Assembly: GCA_963555755.3 (NCBI GenBank)
Contig: OY820905.2
Coordinates: 1,856,001-1,920,000, forward strand
Source: Nitrospirales bacterium
Lineage (GTDB): Bacteria; Nitrospirota; Nitrospiria; Nitrospirales; UBA8639
DNA: 64,000 bases
Reading direction: 5' to 3'
Numbering within the stretch: the first letter of the stretch is position 1; the number at the start of each line of letters is the position of its first letter. A program made the translations under genes and the position numbers. The notes beneath the pieces were generated by a model that had not been told where the DNA came from, made no database searches, and saw nothing but the letters and a program-made list of their open reading frames with translations. Below, in pieces: positions 31,926-43,248 of this stretch.

Positions 31926-33563
31926 TTAAATACTCAGACTTTCAATCTTTCGGCGATTCACCAAGTCAAACACCACTTTTGTTCCAATCAAAGCCGTGAA
32001 CAGATTGATCCCAATCCCCAAACACAAAGTGACTGCAAAGCCTTTAATGGGACCACTGCCAAAAACAAACAGCGCGAGCCCGGTGATTAACGTCGTCACA
32101 TGCGAGTCCACAATGGTGAGGAACGCCTTGTCGTACCCCGCATCCACGGCTAATCGAACCGGGCGCCCCTGTCGAAGCTCCTCACGAATGCGTTCGAAAA
32201 TCAGGATATTGGAATCGACACCCATTCCAATGGTCAAAATGATTCCGGCAATCCCCGGAAGCGTCAACGTGGCATTCAATCCGGACAACGCGCCAAATAA
32301 GCAAATCAGATTCAACGCCACCGCGGCATTTGCGACAATCCCCGATAGGCGGTAATACACAATCATAAATAACAACACGACCAGCCCAGCAATAAACGTT
32401 GTTTTCAAACCTTTTTCAATGGAGTCTCGCCCCAAAGACGGACCGATCATGAGGTCTTGGAGTGTTTTCATCGGCGCTGGTAGCGCACCGGCTCGCAGCA
32501 CAATCGCTAAATCATTGGCTTCGGCCGTGGTGAAGGTTCCAGTAATCTCACCCCGCCCGGCCAAAATAGGTGATTGAATTCTTGGAGCTGAATAGACTCT
32601 CCCATCCAGCACAATGGCCATGAACTTTCCAACATTCTCCGAGGTAACACGCCCAAATTCTTTTGCCCCTTTGCTATCTAGGGTGAACGAAACATTTGGT
32701 TCACTAAACTCCCCAATAGACACTCGTGCGTCTTGCAAGACATCCCCGGTCAGGACCGGAGTTTTAAACACAAGGTACGGCCGGCTATATTTTGGAAAAC
32801 CCTCATCTGCAGCCACCGGCTCAAACAATATTTCTGACCCTTCCGGCACCTGACTTGCAAATTTCTTACGAATGGCCTTTTCCTGGGTCCGTTCCACCTG
32901 CCCTGGCAACGCCAGCTTCGGTCCATTGTCTTCATCCAGCAATTTGAATTCGAGAAGAGCCGTAGCTCGGATCAGTTCCTTAGCCCGCTTTGGATCTTTC
33001 ACACCAGGCAATTGGATGACAATCTGCTTTCGACCCTGCCGCTGGAGAAGCGGCTCGGTCACACCAAACTCGTCAATACGATTCCGAATGGTTTCTAGCG
33101 CCTGATTGATGGCTCCGTTCTTGATGCGATCTATGTCATCGCTATTCAGCTCGTACACCAACGTTTGGCCATCTTTGGAAACTTGAAAATATGTCGGAAA
33201 CGATTCAGAAAGGAGGGTTGCGGCTCCATCAAGTTCATCTGAATCGGACAGTTCAATCGTGATCTGCACGCCTTCTTCTCGGGAGGCCTTGTTAAACTCA
33301 ATGCCTTGATCGGTCAACAGGTCCTGCATGGCTCTGGCCGAGCGGTCTACGGCAATTTCCACCGCACGATCTTCTTCCACTTCCAAGACCATATGAATCC
33401 CGCCTTGCAGATCAAGGCCAAGAGAGATACCACGAGGAGGAATCATCCCCTTCAGACCGTCAGGCAGAGAATCATAAAGCCCAGGCCAGGACGGAATAGA
33501 CAAATAGACAGAGAGGATCGTTAACCCCAAGATCAGCAATAAACGCGTACGAACTTTTTTCAT
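31926..33563 (-). CDS. secD: protein translocase subunit SecD
   Basis: LGLDLQGG, RIDEFGVTEP, LRAGALPAP, GMGVDSNILIFERIREE. Confidence 0.97.
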   Translation of the reverse strand: MKKVRTRLLLILGLTILSVYLSIPSWPGLYDSLPDGLKGMIPPRGISLGLDLQGGIHMVLEVEEDRAVEIAVDRSARAMQDLLTDQGIEFNKASREEGVQITIELSDSDELDGAATLLSESFPTYFQVSKDGQTLVYELNSDDIDRIKNGAINQALETIRNRIDEFGVTEPLLQRQGRKQIVIQLPGVKDPKRAKELIRATALLEFKLLDEDNGPKLALPGQVERTQEKAIRKKFASQVPEGSEILFEPVAADEGFPKYSRPYLVFKTPVLTGDVLQDARVSIGEFSEPNVSFTLDSKGAKEFGRVTSENVGKFMAIVLDGRVYSAPRIQSPILAGRGEITGTFTTAEANDLAIVLRAGALPAPMKTLQDLMIGPSLGRDSIEKGLKTTFIAGLVVLLFMIVYYRLSGIVANAAVALNLICLFGALSGLNATLTLPGIAGIILTIGMGVDSNILIFERIREELRQGRPVRLAVDAGYDKAFLTIVDSHVTTLITGLALFVFGSGPIKGFAVTLCLGIGINLFTALIGTKVVFDLVNRRKIESLSI

Positions 33564-33581
33564 CTAGCAACTCTCCAAATT

Positions 33582-33926
33582 TTATCCTTCATCGGTGGCC
33601 CTCTTGCGAGCGATATTGTCGCGTTGGATTTTCACTCTCGTATTATCGTCAATTTGAATGGTGGCCGTCTCTTTCTCCAATCGGTTGATGGTCCCCCAGA
33701 TGCCAGAGGACGTAATAATTTTGTCCCCTTTCTTGAGCGCTTCGAGCATTTTTTTTTGCTCTTTCGTCTTACGCTGTTGAGGGAGAATCAACAAGAAATA
33801 AAAAATTACGAAGATCAACAGAAAGGGGACTAAGGAGAGGAGACCTGCCGGCCCCTCGGCCGCGTCAGCCCCTTGCGCCCATGCCACTGAGGCCATCGCC
33901 ACGGAGGCCATTGAATAAATTGTCAC
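33582..33926 (-). CDS. yajC: preprotein translocase subunit YajC
   Basis: IFYFLLILPQQRK...LKKGDKIITSSGIWG; lies between tgt and secD; start uncertain. Confidence 0.93.
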   Translation of the reverse strand: MTIYSMASVAMASVAWAQGADAAEGPAGLLSLVPFLLIFVIFYFLLILPQQRKTKEQKKMLEALKKGDKIITSSGIWGTINRLEKETATIQIDDNTRVKIQRDNIARKRATDEG

Positions 33927-35113
33927 AACTCTTCCTCCTTCCGGGAATTCCCATTTTGACCTGTCAGCCCCGCGCCCACTTCCTCAACATACGGAGCACT
34001 ACGTGGTGAAATTTCGCGAGTGGCATAGAACTGTTCGCGATAGGCCAGTAAGCGATCTTCTTGAATGGCCTCACGTAATTGTTTCATAAGCTGGTGATAA
34101 TACCACAAGTTATGGATGGTATTGAGCCGAACTCCCAACATTTCATTCGACATAAAAAGATGCCGGAGATAAGCCCGGGAATACCGCTCGCAGACCGGAC
34201 AGGTGCATTGGTCATCAATCGGGGATTCATCACGAGCATATTGTGCATTTTTTATCATGACCCGTCCGGTTGAGGTAAACAGCCATCCGGTTCGACCATG
34301 ACGCGAGGGAATCACGCAGTCGAACATATCAATCCCTCGCACGACGCCTTCTACCAAATCTTCTGGCAACCCCACTCCCATGAGATAGCGTGGATGATCT
34401 TCGGGGAGCTCAGGTATGGTGGCTTCGATCATGGCCATCATGGCCAGCTTATCTTCCCCTAAACTTAGACCACCGAGAGCATATCCATCAAATTCCATCT
34501 CAACGAGATCATGAGCCGCCGTTCGGCGAAGATCCGCATCCAACCCTCCCTGGACAATACCAAACAAGGCTTGGCCACTACCCTGAGCAGCTTGCTTGCA
34601 CAGCCGCGCCCATTGCGTGGACCGACGGACAGCATCACGAGCTTGTTCGGTGGTGCAAGGATGGGTTGGGCATTCGTCGAGCACCATCATGATATCCGAG
34701 CCCAACGCCATTTGAATTTCCATGCACCGTTCAGGGGTCAATTCATGCATGGAACCATCCAGATGCGATTTAAAGGTGACACCCTCATCCGTAATGTGAC
34801 GCAGATCCGAAAGACTCACCATTTGGAAACCACCGCTATCCGTCAAGATGGCTCCGGACCACCCGGTAAAGCGATGCAACCCGCCCAATTCAGCAATCAG
34901 TTGATGGCCGGGGCGAAGATACAGATGGTACGAATTACTCAGCATCAATCCAAACCCGCATGAGTGCAACTCATCGGGGGTAATCCCCTTCACCGGGCCC
35001 AATGTCCCGACTGGCATAAAGACCGGCGTTTCGACAATCCCATGTGACGTGGTTAAACGTCCGGTTCTGGCCTGACAGGCAGCGTCTTGATGTGAGACCG
35101 AAAATTGAATCAT
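33923..35113 (-). CDS. tgt: tRNA-guanine transglycosylase
   Basis: TPVFMPVGT, TDSGGFQ, DMFDCVIP, CTCPVC...HN zinc site. Confidence 0.97.
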   Translation of the reverse strand: MIQFSVSHQDAACQARTGRLTTSHGIVETPVFMPVGTLGPVKGITPDELHSCGFGLMLSNSYHLYLRPGHQLIAELGGLHRFTGWSGAILTDSGGFQMVSLSDLRHITDEGVTFKSHLDGSMHELTPERCMEIQMALGSDIMMVLDECPTHPCTTEQARDAVRRSTQWARLCKQAAQGSGQALFGIVQGGLDADLRRTAAHDLVEMEFDGYALGGLSLGEDKLAMMAMIEATIPELPEDHPRYLMGVGLPEDLVEGVVRGIDMFDCVIPSRHGRTGWLFTSTGRVMIKNAQYARDESPIDDQCTCPVCERYSRAYLRHLFMSNEMLGVRLNTIHNLWYYHQLMKQLREAIQEDRLLAYREQFYATREISPRSAPYVEEVGAGLTGQNGNSRKEEEL

Positions 35114-35199
35114 GAGAGCGCCATATGAAGAGGTAGGCAATGCCCACCCTACACATTAATAGTTTAAGGTCCAACTCCCTGCTTCTGGCGGAAGAACCA

Positions 35200-35320
35200 T
35201 AGATTAAATCCGAAGCTCGAGTATCGAAATCCGAAACACATTAGAATGACTAAATTGAAAAATTCAAATTTAGGATTTCTGATGTGTTTCGAAATTCGAT
35301 ATTCGTATTTCGATTTTATG
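35200..35320. repeat. degenerate heptamer (tcgaaat-like) inverted array
   Basis: atccgaagctcgagtatcgaaatccgaaac ... gtttcgaaattcgatattcgtatttcgat. Confidence 0.6.
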
Positions 35321-35345
35321 GAACGTATTTGGCATGACGATACCA

Positions 35346-37103
35346 CTACATTTTCTCCGGCGCACTCACGCCCAAAAGCGTGAGGCCATTGTTGAGTACA
35401 GTTTTGACCTGCTGCAATAACGCCAGTCTAGCAAGGGTTAGCGCAGGAGAGACGGTTTCTCTGATGGCTTTGCGTTCTTCCCCATCCTGCACCTGATCGA
35501 TTACTTCCTCTCGCGCATCGCCTTCTTTAGGCGGCAAGACCCGGTGTTTGTAATAAAACACATGGAGAAGACCCGCTAATTCTTGCAGGTAAAACGAAAT
35601 CCGATGCGGTTCCAAGGCCTGAGCACAGCTTTCGAGCAAACCAGGGAAACTCGACAGATGCTTGATCAGCCGAAACTCTTCGGGGGCCATGAGTAAAGAC
35701 AAATCGGCATCGTGCACAGGGGGAACCGTCAGGCCACGTTCCTGAGCGATGCGAAATAAACTGGCCAACCGCGCATGAGCATACTGCACGTAATACACGG
35801 GATTGTCCGCCGATTGTTTTTTGGCCAATTCCAAATCGAACTCCAAATGAGTATCTGCACGCCGCATCAGAAAAAAAAACTTGGCGGCATCGGCGCCCAC
35901 TTCATTCGCAACCTCTTCAAGTGTCACAAACTCACCGGACCGTTTAGACATTTCGACTTTTTTCCCACCTCGCAACAAACTCACCATCTGCACCAAGACC
36001 ACCTGGAGCCGATCTTTGGGATACCCAAAGGCTTCCACCACTCCCTGCATCCGAGGCACATACCCATGATGATCCGCGCCCCAAATATTGATGAGCCAAT
36101 CAAAACCCCTTGTGAGTTTGTCAAAATGGTAGGCGATATCAGATGCCAAGTACGTATAATCACCATCCTGTTTACACACCACACGATCTTTCTCATCTTT
36201 GAATTGGGAGGAGCGAAACCACACGGCTCCATCTTCTTTGAACACCAAGTCGCGTTGTTCCAGATCATTTAGCGCATCCTGGATCTTTCCCGTGGTCAAC
36301 AACGACGCTTCGCTATACCACGTCTCAAAATTGACCCCAAATTGAGCGAGATCGCGTTTGATCGCATCGAGAAGTTTTTCATAAGCCAGTTGCCCACAAC
36401 GCACTTGTCCCTCTTCTGAGGGCAGATCTAAAATGGTTGATCCAAATTGCTCCCGAATACCTTGAGCCAAATCTTTGATATATGCTCCATGATACCCATC
36501 CTCGGGAAAATCAACGTGTTCCCCTTCCAGCTCTCGATATCTAGCGTAGACAGAAGCAGAAAGAAGCTTCATCTGTCGCCCAGCATCATTAATGTAGTAT
36601 TCCCGTTCCACTGAATAGCCAGCGGCACGCAGCAATCTGGCAAGCGCTTCACCAAGCGCGGCACCGCGTCCATGCCCCACATGCAACGGCCCAGTTGGGT
36701 TGGCACTCACAAACTCAAGTAATACGCGCCGACCTTGGCCAATGACACTGCATCCATAGCCCTCGCCTTGCGCGTCAATCTCGGTGAGGACTGAATGCCA
36801 GCAATCCCGACGAAGAGTAAAATTGAGAAACCCCGGTGGAGCGATATCGATCTGTTCGAAAAACTGGCAAGAGGATTTCATGTGCGCCGCGATAAGGTCG
36901 GCCACATCCCTAGGCGATTTTCCTTCTTTTTTGGCGATTGACATCGCGACGTTGGAGGATAAATCTCCCCATTCTTCCCGCTTGGGAAATTCCACCGAGG
37001 GAACGGGAAACCAATCCGAGTTCAACAAACCCTGTGCCTTGGCGTGAAGAAGGGCTTCAGAAATGGCTGAGGAGACTCGTTCTTGGACAATACCAGCGGA
37101 CAC
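35346..37103 (-). CDS. argS: arginine--tRNA ligase
   Basis: EFVSANPTGPLHVGHGRGA, WGADHHGY, MSKRSG, YVQYAHAR, SAPEKM. Confidence 0.98.
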   Translation of the reverse strand: MSAGIVQERVSSAISEALLHAKAQGLLNSDWFPVPSVEFPKREEWGDLSSNVAMSIAKKEGKSPRDVADLIAAHMKSSCQFFEQIDIAPPGFLNFTLRRDCWHSVLTEIDAQGEGYGCSVIGQGRRVLLEFVSANPTGPLHVGHGRGAALGEALARLLRAAGYSVEREYYINDAGRQMKLLSASVYARYRELEGEHVDFPEDGYHGAYIKDLAQGIREQFGSTILDLPSEEGQVRCGQLAYEKLLDAIKRDLAQFGVNFETWYSEASLLTTGKIQDALNDLEQRDLVFKEDGAVWFRSSQFKDEKDRVVCKQDGDYTYLASDIAYHFDKLTRGFDWLINIWGADHHGYVPRMQGVVEAFGYPKDRLQVVLVQMVSLLRGGKKVEMSKRSGEFVTLEEVANEVGADAAKFFFLMRRADTHLEFDLELAKKQSADNPVYYVQYAHARLASLFRIAQERGLTVPPVHDADLSLLMAPEEFRLIKHLSSFPGLLESCAQALEPHRISFYLQELAGLLHVFYYKHRVLPPKEGDAREEVIDQVQDGEERKAIRETVSPALTLARLALLQQVKTVLNNGLTLLGVSAPEKM

Positions 37104-37155
37104 GATTTCTCTCTATCTGGGTTTAAAATAAAGGGAATGTTCAAAAAAGCATGCC

Positions 37156-38373
<1,218 letters not shown>

Positions 38374-38565
38374 GTCTTTCCGAAGGGTCTGTCCAGCAAG
38401 GCCGCAGCCCTTTTGACGCGCGGAACGTACATGGAGTACGTGAGCACGGCAAAATGGCGAGAACGCCGCTGGCGGCTTTTTTCAACATTCCCATAAAATG
38501 TTTTTAGAGGAATGGGCACGGAGTTTTTAACACAGCCTCCTGCAGCATGGCAAGCGAGAAAACCC

Positions 38566-39618
38566 TTAATTAATTTTCACTAACTGGCGTTGCGGCTTTT
38601 CCATACCTGCACCACGCAAACCACGCTCAACGGCCTCGACGACTTCGTCAACTGAATGTGTTAAACACAATTTTTCTGAACAGTGTTGAACGGCTTGCCA
38701 ATCCTGACACTGACAACTCGGCCCATGAATCACCTCGACATGATCCCCTTTGGGGCTCCAACGTTGAGGATCAGTTGGACCAAATAGCGCAACAGTCGGA
38801 ACACCTAAGGCTGCGGCAAGATGGGTGATCCCCGAATCATGCCCAAGAAATACGTCCGTTTGGCGTAAGACCCGAGCCATTTCTGATAAATCTACATCTT
38901 TGAGGATTTTGTAGCTCACCTGATCGAGATATGGCTTAAGCGCAGTTACCCTCTCTTCGTCTGCCGGCCCTTGGCAAATCAAAACTGTTCGATCATCCCC
39001 GCCGGCTAACCTTTTGATGATGAGGCTCAGTCTTTCAGGAGAAAGACATTTATGCCGGCTCCCACTTCCTGGATGAATCATTATCACTGGTTTGGACTGC
39101 TTAGTTTGAAATGAAGGGATGGATATCTTTAACAATGGCTCATCCGCTTGTGGACGACCAGGCGGAAGAAAGGCTTTGCCGGAAGTGTCAGACATGCCTA
39201 ACTCAAGGGTTTCACAAAATCGATCAGATTGATGAAGCGCCTGTAAGGAATGGGCATGAGGAGAAACAACACATCGATGGCTAATACCAACACGTTGTAA
39301 ATTTTCAGATAAACGCCCGCCAGAGTCATGAACCCATGCCACCGCGTGAGTACACCGCGAAAAGATGTCTGTGATTTCCGGTTTCCTTCGCGGATATTCT
39401 TCAAGAAGCTCTGAGAACACAGGCCCCTCTAAAGCAATCACACGATCAATGACGCCATACTCCATAAGAAGCCGCCCGATCTCTCCCCGAGCAAGGAGAA
39501 TACATTCATGCCCAGGCAACCTATCCCGGATGCTCCGGATAGCTTTAAGAGCTAATAACACATCACCTAAGGTGCCAGGATGAATGATTATTACTCCATT
39601 GGGATGTATCATCTTCAT
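38566..39618 (-). CDS. glycosyltransferase family 9 (heptosyltransferase-like)
   Basis: GTLGDVLL, IHPGSG, GHDSGITHLAAALGVPTVALFGPT. Confidence 0.9.
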   Translation of the reverse strand: MKMIHPNGVIIIHPGTLGDVLLALKAIRSIRDRLPGHECILLARGEIGRLLMEYGVIDRVIALEGPVFSELLEEYPRRKPEITDIFSRCTHAVAWVHDSGGRLSENLQRVGISHRCVVSPHAHSLQALHQSDRFCETLELGMSDTSGKAFLPPGRPQADEPLLKISIPSFQTKQSKPVIMIHPGSGSRHKCLSPERLSLIIKRLAGGDDRTVLICQGPADEERVTALKPYLDQVSYKILKDVDLSEMARVLRQTDVFLGHDSGITHLAAALGVPTVALFGPTDPQRWSPKGDHVEVIHGPSCQCQDWQAVQHCSEKLCLTHSVDEVVEAVERGLRGAGMEKPQRQLVKIN

Positions 39619-39622
39619 GGCA

Positions 39623-40237
39623 CTATTGAGAGTCACCAATTTTTCTTGCCAATTCCAAATCAGCGGGGGAATTGACATTCATAAACGAAAGCAAATGGTT
39701 ATCGTAGGGAAGAATCTCCGATTCCAATACTTTTCGTATTTCAAGAGAAGACTCATCAAGTAAATTTTGCACACGAAGATTTTCGCTCTTCACCATCTGC
39801 TCTAAATGAGATAAGCAGCGCTTGGAATATATGGCATGCATGGTTTGTAGGCCATGTGCCAGCTGGGCAAGGGTGACATCAAAATGAGAGGAAATGGAAG
39901 CCATATATCGAATGACATCGGGATTGAGATAAGGCATATCACAGGCCACCACAAAAACCCTTTGCTGTGTGGCATAAAATAAACCCGTATACAAACCTCC
40001 TGCTGCAGCGCGATTGGGGATTAAGTCATTGACGACTCGAACGTTATCGTGGTGTACGGGAAAGTCCTCTACACCGAGAACAACAATGACTTCGGGAAAT
40101 ATTTTAACAAGAACGTCCAGGGCTCGATTAAAAAGTGTCTCACCGTCCAAAACTAGGGTTCGTTTATCTTGCCCCATTCGCCGGCTTTTCCCCCCTGCCA
40201 GAAGAACTCCGGTAATGTCGTCTTCTCTAATCCCCAT
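39623..40237 (-). CDS. mobA: molybdenum cofactor guanylyltransferase
   Basis: LAGGKSRRMGQDK, VACDMPYL, FMNVNSPADL. Confidence 0.92.
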   Translation of the reverse strand: MGIREDDITGVLLAGGKSRRMGQDKRTLVLDGETLFNRALDVLVKIFPEVIVVLGVEDFPVHHDNVRVVNDLIPNRAAAGGLYTGLFYATQQRVFVVACDMPYLNPDVIRYMASISSHFDVTLAQLAHGLQTMHAIYSKRCLSHLEQMVKSENLRVQNLLDESSLEIRKVLESEILPYDNHLLSFMNVNSPADLELARKIGDSQ

Positions 40238-40248
40238 ATCTCATGCAT

Positions 40249-40284
40249 AAAAAAAGGGGGTGGGTATTCCCCACCCCCTTTTTT
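40249..40284 (-). terminator. intrinsic terminator, possibly bidirectional
   Basis: aaaaaagggggtggg-tattc-cccaccccctttttt hairpin. Confidence 0.8.
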
Positions 40285-40333
40285 CTCCAGTCCGGGTAGC
40301 CCCTTGGCATCCGGAGGAATGTATTGGATACCC

Positions 40334-42175
40334 TTAGGCTTCGCCCTTTTCTTTACGCCTATTGCTGCGACGTCCAAGAACCCAGCCTTCCAGAACAATA
40401 ATCCCTATTGCCATGATCGTGGGATAAATATACACGGTATTTTCAGTCGGCGGCTCCATCACCAGGTAATAAATCGCCGATACCGCCATCTTCCGTGCAA
40501 CATCCCCGTTGTGCCCATCCCAAGCAAAGAACACCATCGGGATATATTTACCATTCTGTAAGTAGGCCACTTCTTCATAGTCACCTCTGAGGGGACGTTT
40601 GATAATGACCGTCCAACGGCCATTGACCCATTCCGCTTTGAGAACCGACACTTCTTCTTGGAAATCTAGTTCAGTGAAGTCCTGGTCCCAACCCGTGCCT
40701 TCGTATACCCCAAGGGTACCATCCGCGGTCCATTTCGTGATATCCGCTGCGAATCTTTCATCACCCCAAAAGTATCGTGGTTTTCGTGGTGCAGGCAACT
40801 CTTGCCATTTTATCGGGAATTGAAACGCGATCCCATCGTTGTACACGGCATAGCCATCTTTTTGTTTGGCTGCAAGGGATTCAGGGTGGAATTGCTCCTC
40901 GCTGAACAACGACCCATGAGGTTGTTGTTCTTCTATTCCATAGTCTTCAAGGTTTACTTCTTCCGGATCCCAATCCACATCATCTTCCTGAATACTCTTG
41001 GTACGGTCATTCCACTTGAACATAAACAGAATATGATCCTTATTATAAACCGACTGTACCCAAACATCATCAATCCGATTCACGAAATTCCTGGGTTTAT
41101 GGGTGATTTGGCCGCCTAAGGCAACCCATTTTCGAGGGGCTGTTTTCCACGCTTCACCATTTTCATCCGTTGGAAGATCCCCTTCAACAAATTTTGAGGG
41201 AATGACGAAAGTACCCTTGGGCTTATCTGTTAAGGGGTCAATGGGCAGGGGCAACGCCGTACTTAGGGTAGTGGCAATCTCATCGCTGACTTCACCACCG
41301 GCCACAACCACTTCACCGATTCTTTCACACAGAGATTGTACGTAGTTGGCAATATGCCACCGATCTTCTATGCTCGTAGTATCGGCAAAGGACGGCATCG
41401 GGGTGCCATTAATCCCCGTGGAAAACGTGCGGAAGATATTCTTGACGTTGTAGGCATCCTGCCGGCTGCCTCTGAAATTCCAGCATTTGTGCCAGTCTGC
41501 CGGTTGAATTGAGAAGCCCCAGTCATCTTTGAGGTTAAAGGCATTCCCATCACCTCGCCCTTCCATACCATGGCATTCAACACACTTCTTCTCGACCACG
41601 AGTTCCGATCCACGCTTGATGGATTCAGGGCTGTTGGCAACTGGTTGTAATTCATCGAGTTCCAAAACAAAAAAGTCCTCGAACTCGGTATCTTGCCAGT
41701 CTCGATCCTTAACCAACTGCGTGGACACAAAGGCCAACACGTCTTTTCGTTGTTGCTCGGTGAGAATACCTTCCCAAGACGGCATGGCCGAACCTGGGAG
41801 CCCATGCGTGACTGTCTGAAGTAAATCGACGTTAATCAAAGGCAACTGACCGCTCGCAGTATGCCGAATTTTAAATGTTCCAGACTCGAAGTTCCGTGGA
41901 CGGGGCCACAGCCGCACCGCACCCGGTCCATCGCCTGTCCCCTCCACACCATGGCACCACACACATTTGGTGAAATACACCCTCTTCCCTGCTTCAATTT
42001 GTTCTGCCCCAGGTACTGCAGATGCACTTTGCTTGACAAACCCTTCAGGGATCTCTTCTTCTTCTTCTTGGCCCAAGGTTGTAAGCGGAAGTCCTAATCC
42101 AAGAAGCACACTGATACCTATTGCCAGTGCTATACGACTTGGGGTGCCCGTCGTGAATCTTGTATTCCTGTTCAT
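40334..42175 (-). CDS. diheme cytochrome c fused to an EBDH-gamma-like heme-b domain, with a C-terminal TM anchor
   Basis: CVWCH and CVECH; C-terminal KWNDRTKS...FFAWDGHNGD region resembling the other gamma-like proteins. Confidence 0.8.
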   Translation of the reverse strand: MNRNTRFTTGTPSRIALAIGISVLLGLGLPLTTLGQEEEEEIPEGFVKQSASAVPGAEQIEAGKRVYFTKCVWCHGVEGTGDGPGAVRLWPRPRNFESGTFKIRHTASGQLPLINVDLLQTVTHGLPGSAMPSWEGILTEQQRKDVLAFVSTQLVKDRDWQDTEFEDFFVLELDELQPVANSPESIKRGSELVVEKKCVECHGMEGRGDGNAFNLKDDWGFSIQPADWHKCWNFRGSRQDAYNVKNIFRTFSTGINGTPMPSFADTTSIEDRWHIANYVQSLCERIGEVVVAGGEVSDEIATTLSTALPLPIDPLTDKPKGTFVIPSKFVEGDLPTDENGEAWKTAPRKWVALGGQITHKPRNFVNRIDDVWVQSVYNKDHILFMFKWNDRTKSIQEDDVDWDPEEVNLEDYGIEEQQPHGSLFSEEQFHPESLAAKQKDGYAVYNDGIAFQFPIKWQELPAPRKPRYFWGDERFAADITKWTADGTLGVYEGTGWDQDFTELDFQEEVSVLKAEWVNGRWTVIIKRPLRGDYEEVAYLQNGKYIPMVFFAWDGHNGDVARKMAVSAIYYLVMEPPTENTVYIYPTIMAIGIIVLEGWVLGRRSNRRKEKGEA

Positions 42176-42234
42176 TGTGTTCCTCTTTATGTTGCAAGTC
42201 ATCAAAAGGCCAGTTTGCTCATCCAATAAACCGA

Positions 42235-43200
42235 TTAATCCCACGTTCTCGGGTAATAACCGGTATGCCAGTATTCGAACATCACGACTTTCCAGATCTC
42301 ATCCACGGTGAGGTGTTGTTCCCAGGGAGGCATCACCGATGCCCACGGAAAAGCTTCGCCGGGTAATCCGATCCCACCTTTTGCAACACGCCAGAATACG
42401 AAAGTTTCTTGCAACTGCGCAATGGTTCCAGCGTCCGTAAAGTTTGCTGGAATCGGGTTAAAAGCAAAGGCCCAGAGCCCGCGTCCGTTTAAGTTGTCTC
42501 CATGACAGAAATGACAATTTTGAAAGAAGATCTCTCCTCCTTCACGTACGTATTTAGTGTAGCCTTCTGCATTTGGATCCCATGGATTGAAATTAGGATC
42601 GTTCACGTCCTTCATTAACCGGCCCATGCTTTGGTCCACGATCCGTTCGTTGCCATATTCCTGATCATATTTGCCTTCGGCATTAACCCTGTAGGGATTG
42701 GCGCTTGTTTGAAGCACAAACGTTTTTCCATGGACTTTCGTGGTGGCCGGCGGCGCAGGATGCACAGTCCGCAATTCAATCGGCTCCTCAAAGCTTGGTA
42801 TAAGTGAACTATAGGCAAACCCCCACAAGCCAAGGGGGATGAGGATTAAAGCCACGACTCGAAGGCCTTTGTGAAATCCGGAAACCCCATCCATCACATT
42901 GAAAATTGGACGTTTAAAATCTAGCCACTCTTTCTCGGAACCAGAGACCCACATAAAAATCCCGCATCCGGTCACCGTACCGTAAATGGCCCGCACACTG
43001 AACGGAATAGGGGGATAAATCCGATAGGTTAAATACATCCAGATAAAAACCCAGACTCCGATCCCCGCCCAAAACTTGGGAATCCCCATCCCGGCGCGAT
43101 TTAAGGACCAATTGATCACAACGAACAATAAGATCGCACCGGTCAGCTCCATAATCATCTGCATCGGCATGTAGCCTTCAACTAACTTTAACCAGGTCAT
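42235..43200 (-). CDS. membrane-bound cytochrome c
   Basis: N-terminal TM helices; CHFCH; distal MPPW. Confidence 0.85.
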   Translation of the reverse strand: MTWLKLVEGYMPMQMIMELTGAILLFVVINWSLNRAGMGIPKFWAGIGVWVFIWMYLTYRIYPPIPFSVRAIYGTVTGCGIFMWVSGSEKEWLDFKRPIFNVMDGVSGFHKGLRVVALILIPLGLWGFAYSSLIPSFEEPIELRTVHPAPPATTKVHGKTFVLQTSANPYRVNAEGKYDQEYGNERIVDQSMGRLMKDVNDPNFNPWDPNAEGYTKYVREGGEIFFQNCHFCHGDNLNGRGLWAFAFNPIPANFTDAGTIAQLQETFVFWRVAKGGIGLPGEAFPWASVMPPWEQHLTVDEIWKVVMFEYWHTGYYPRTWD

Positions 43201-43248
43201 CGTTCTATGCTCCTGTTTTAATAATACAGAACGGTAGAGATTGAATTC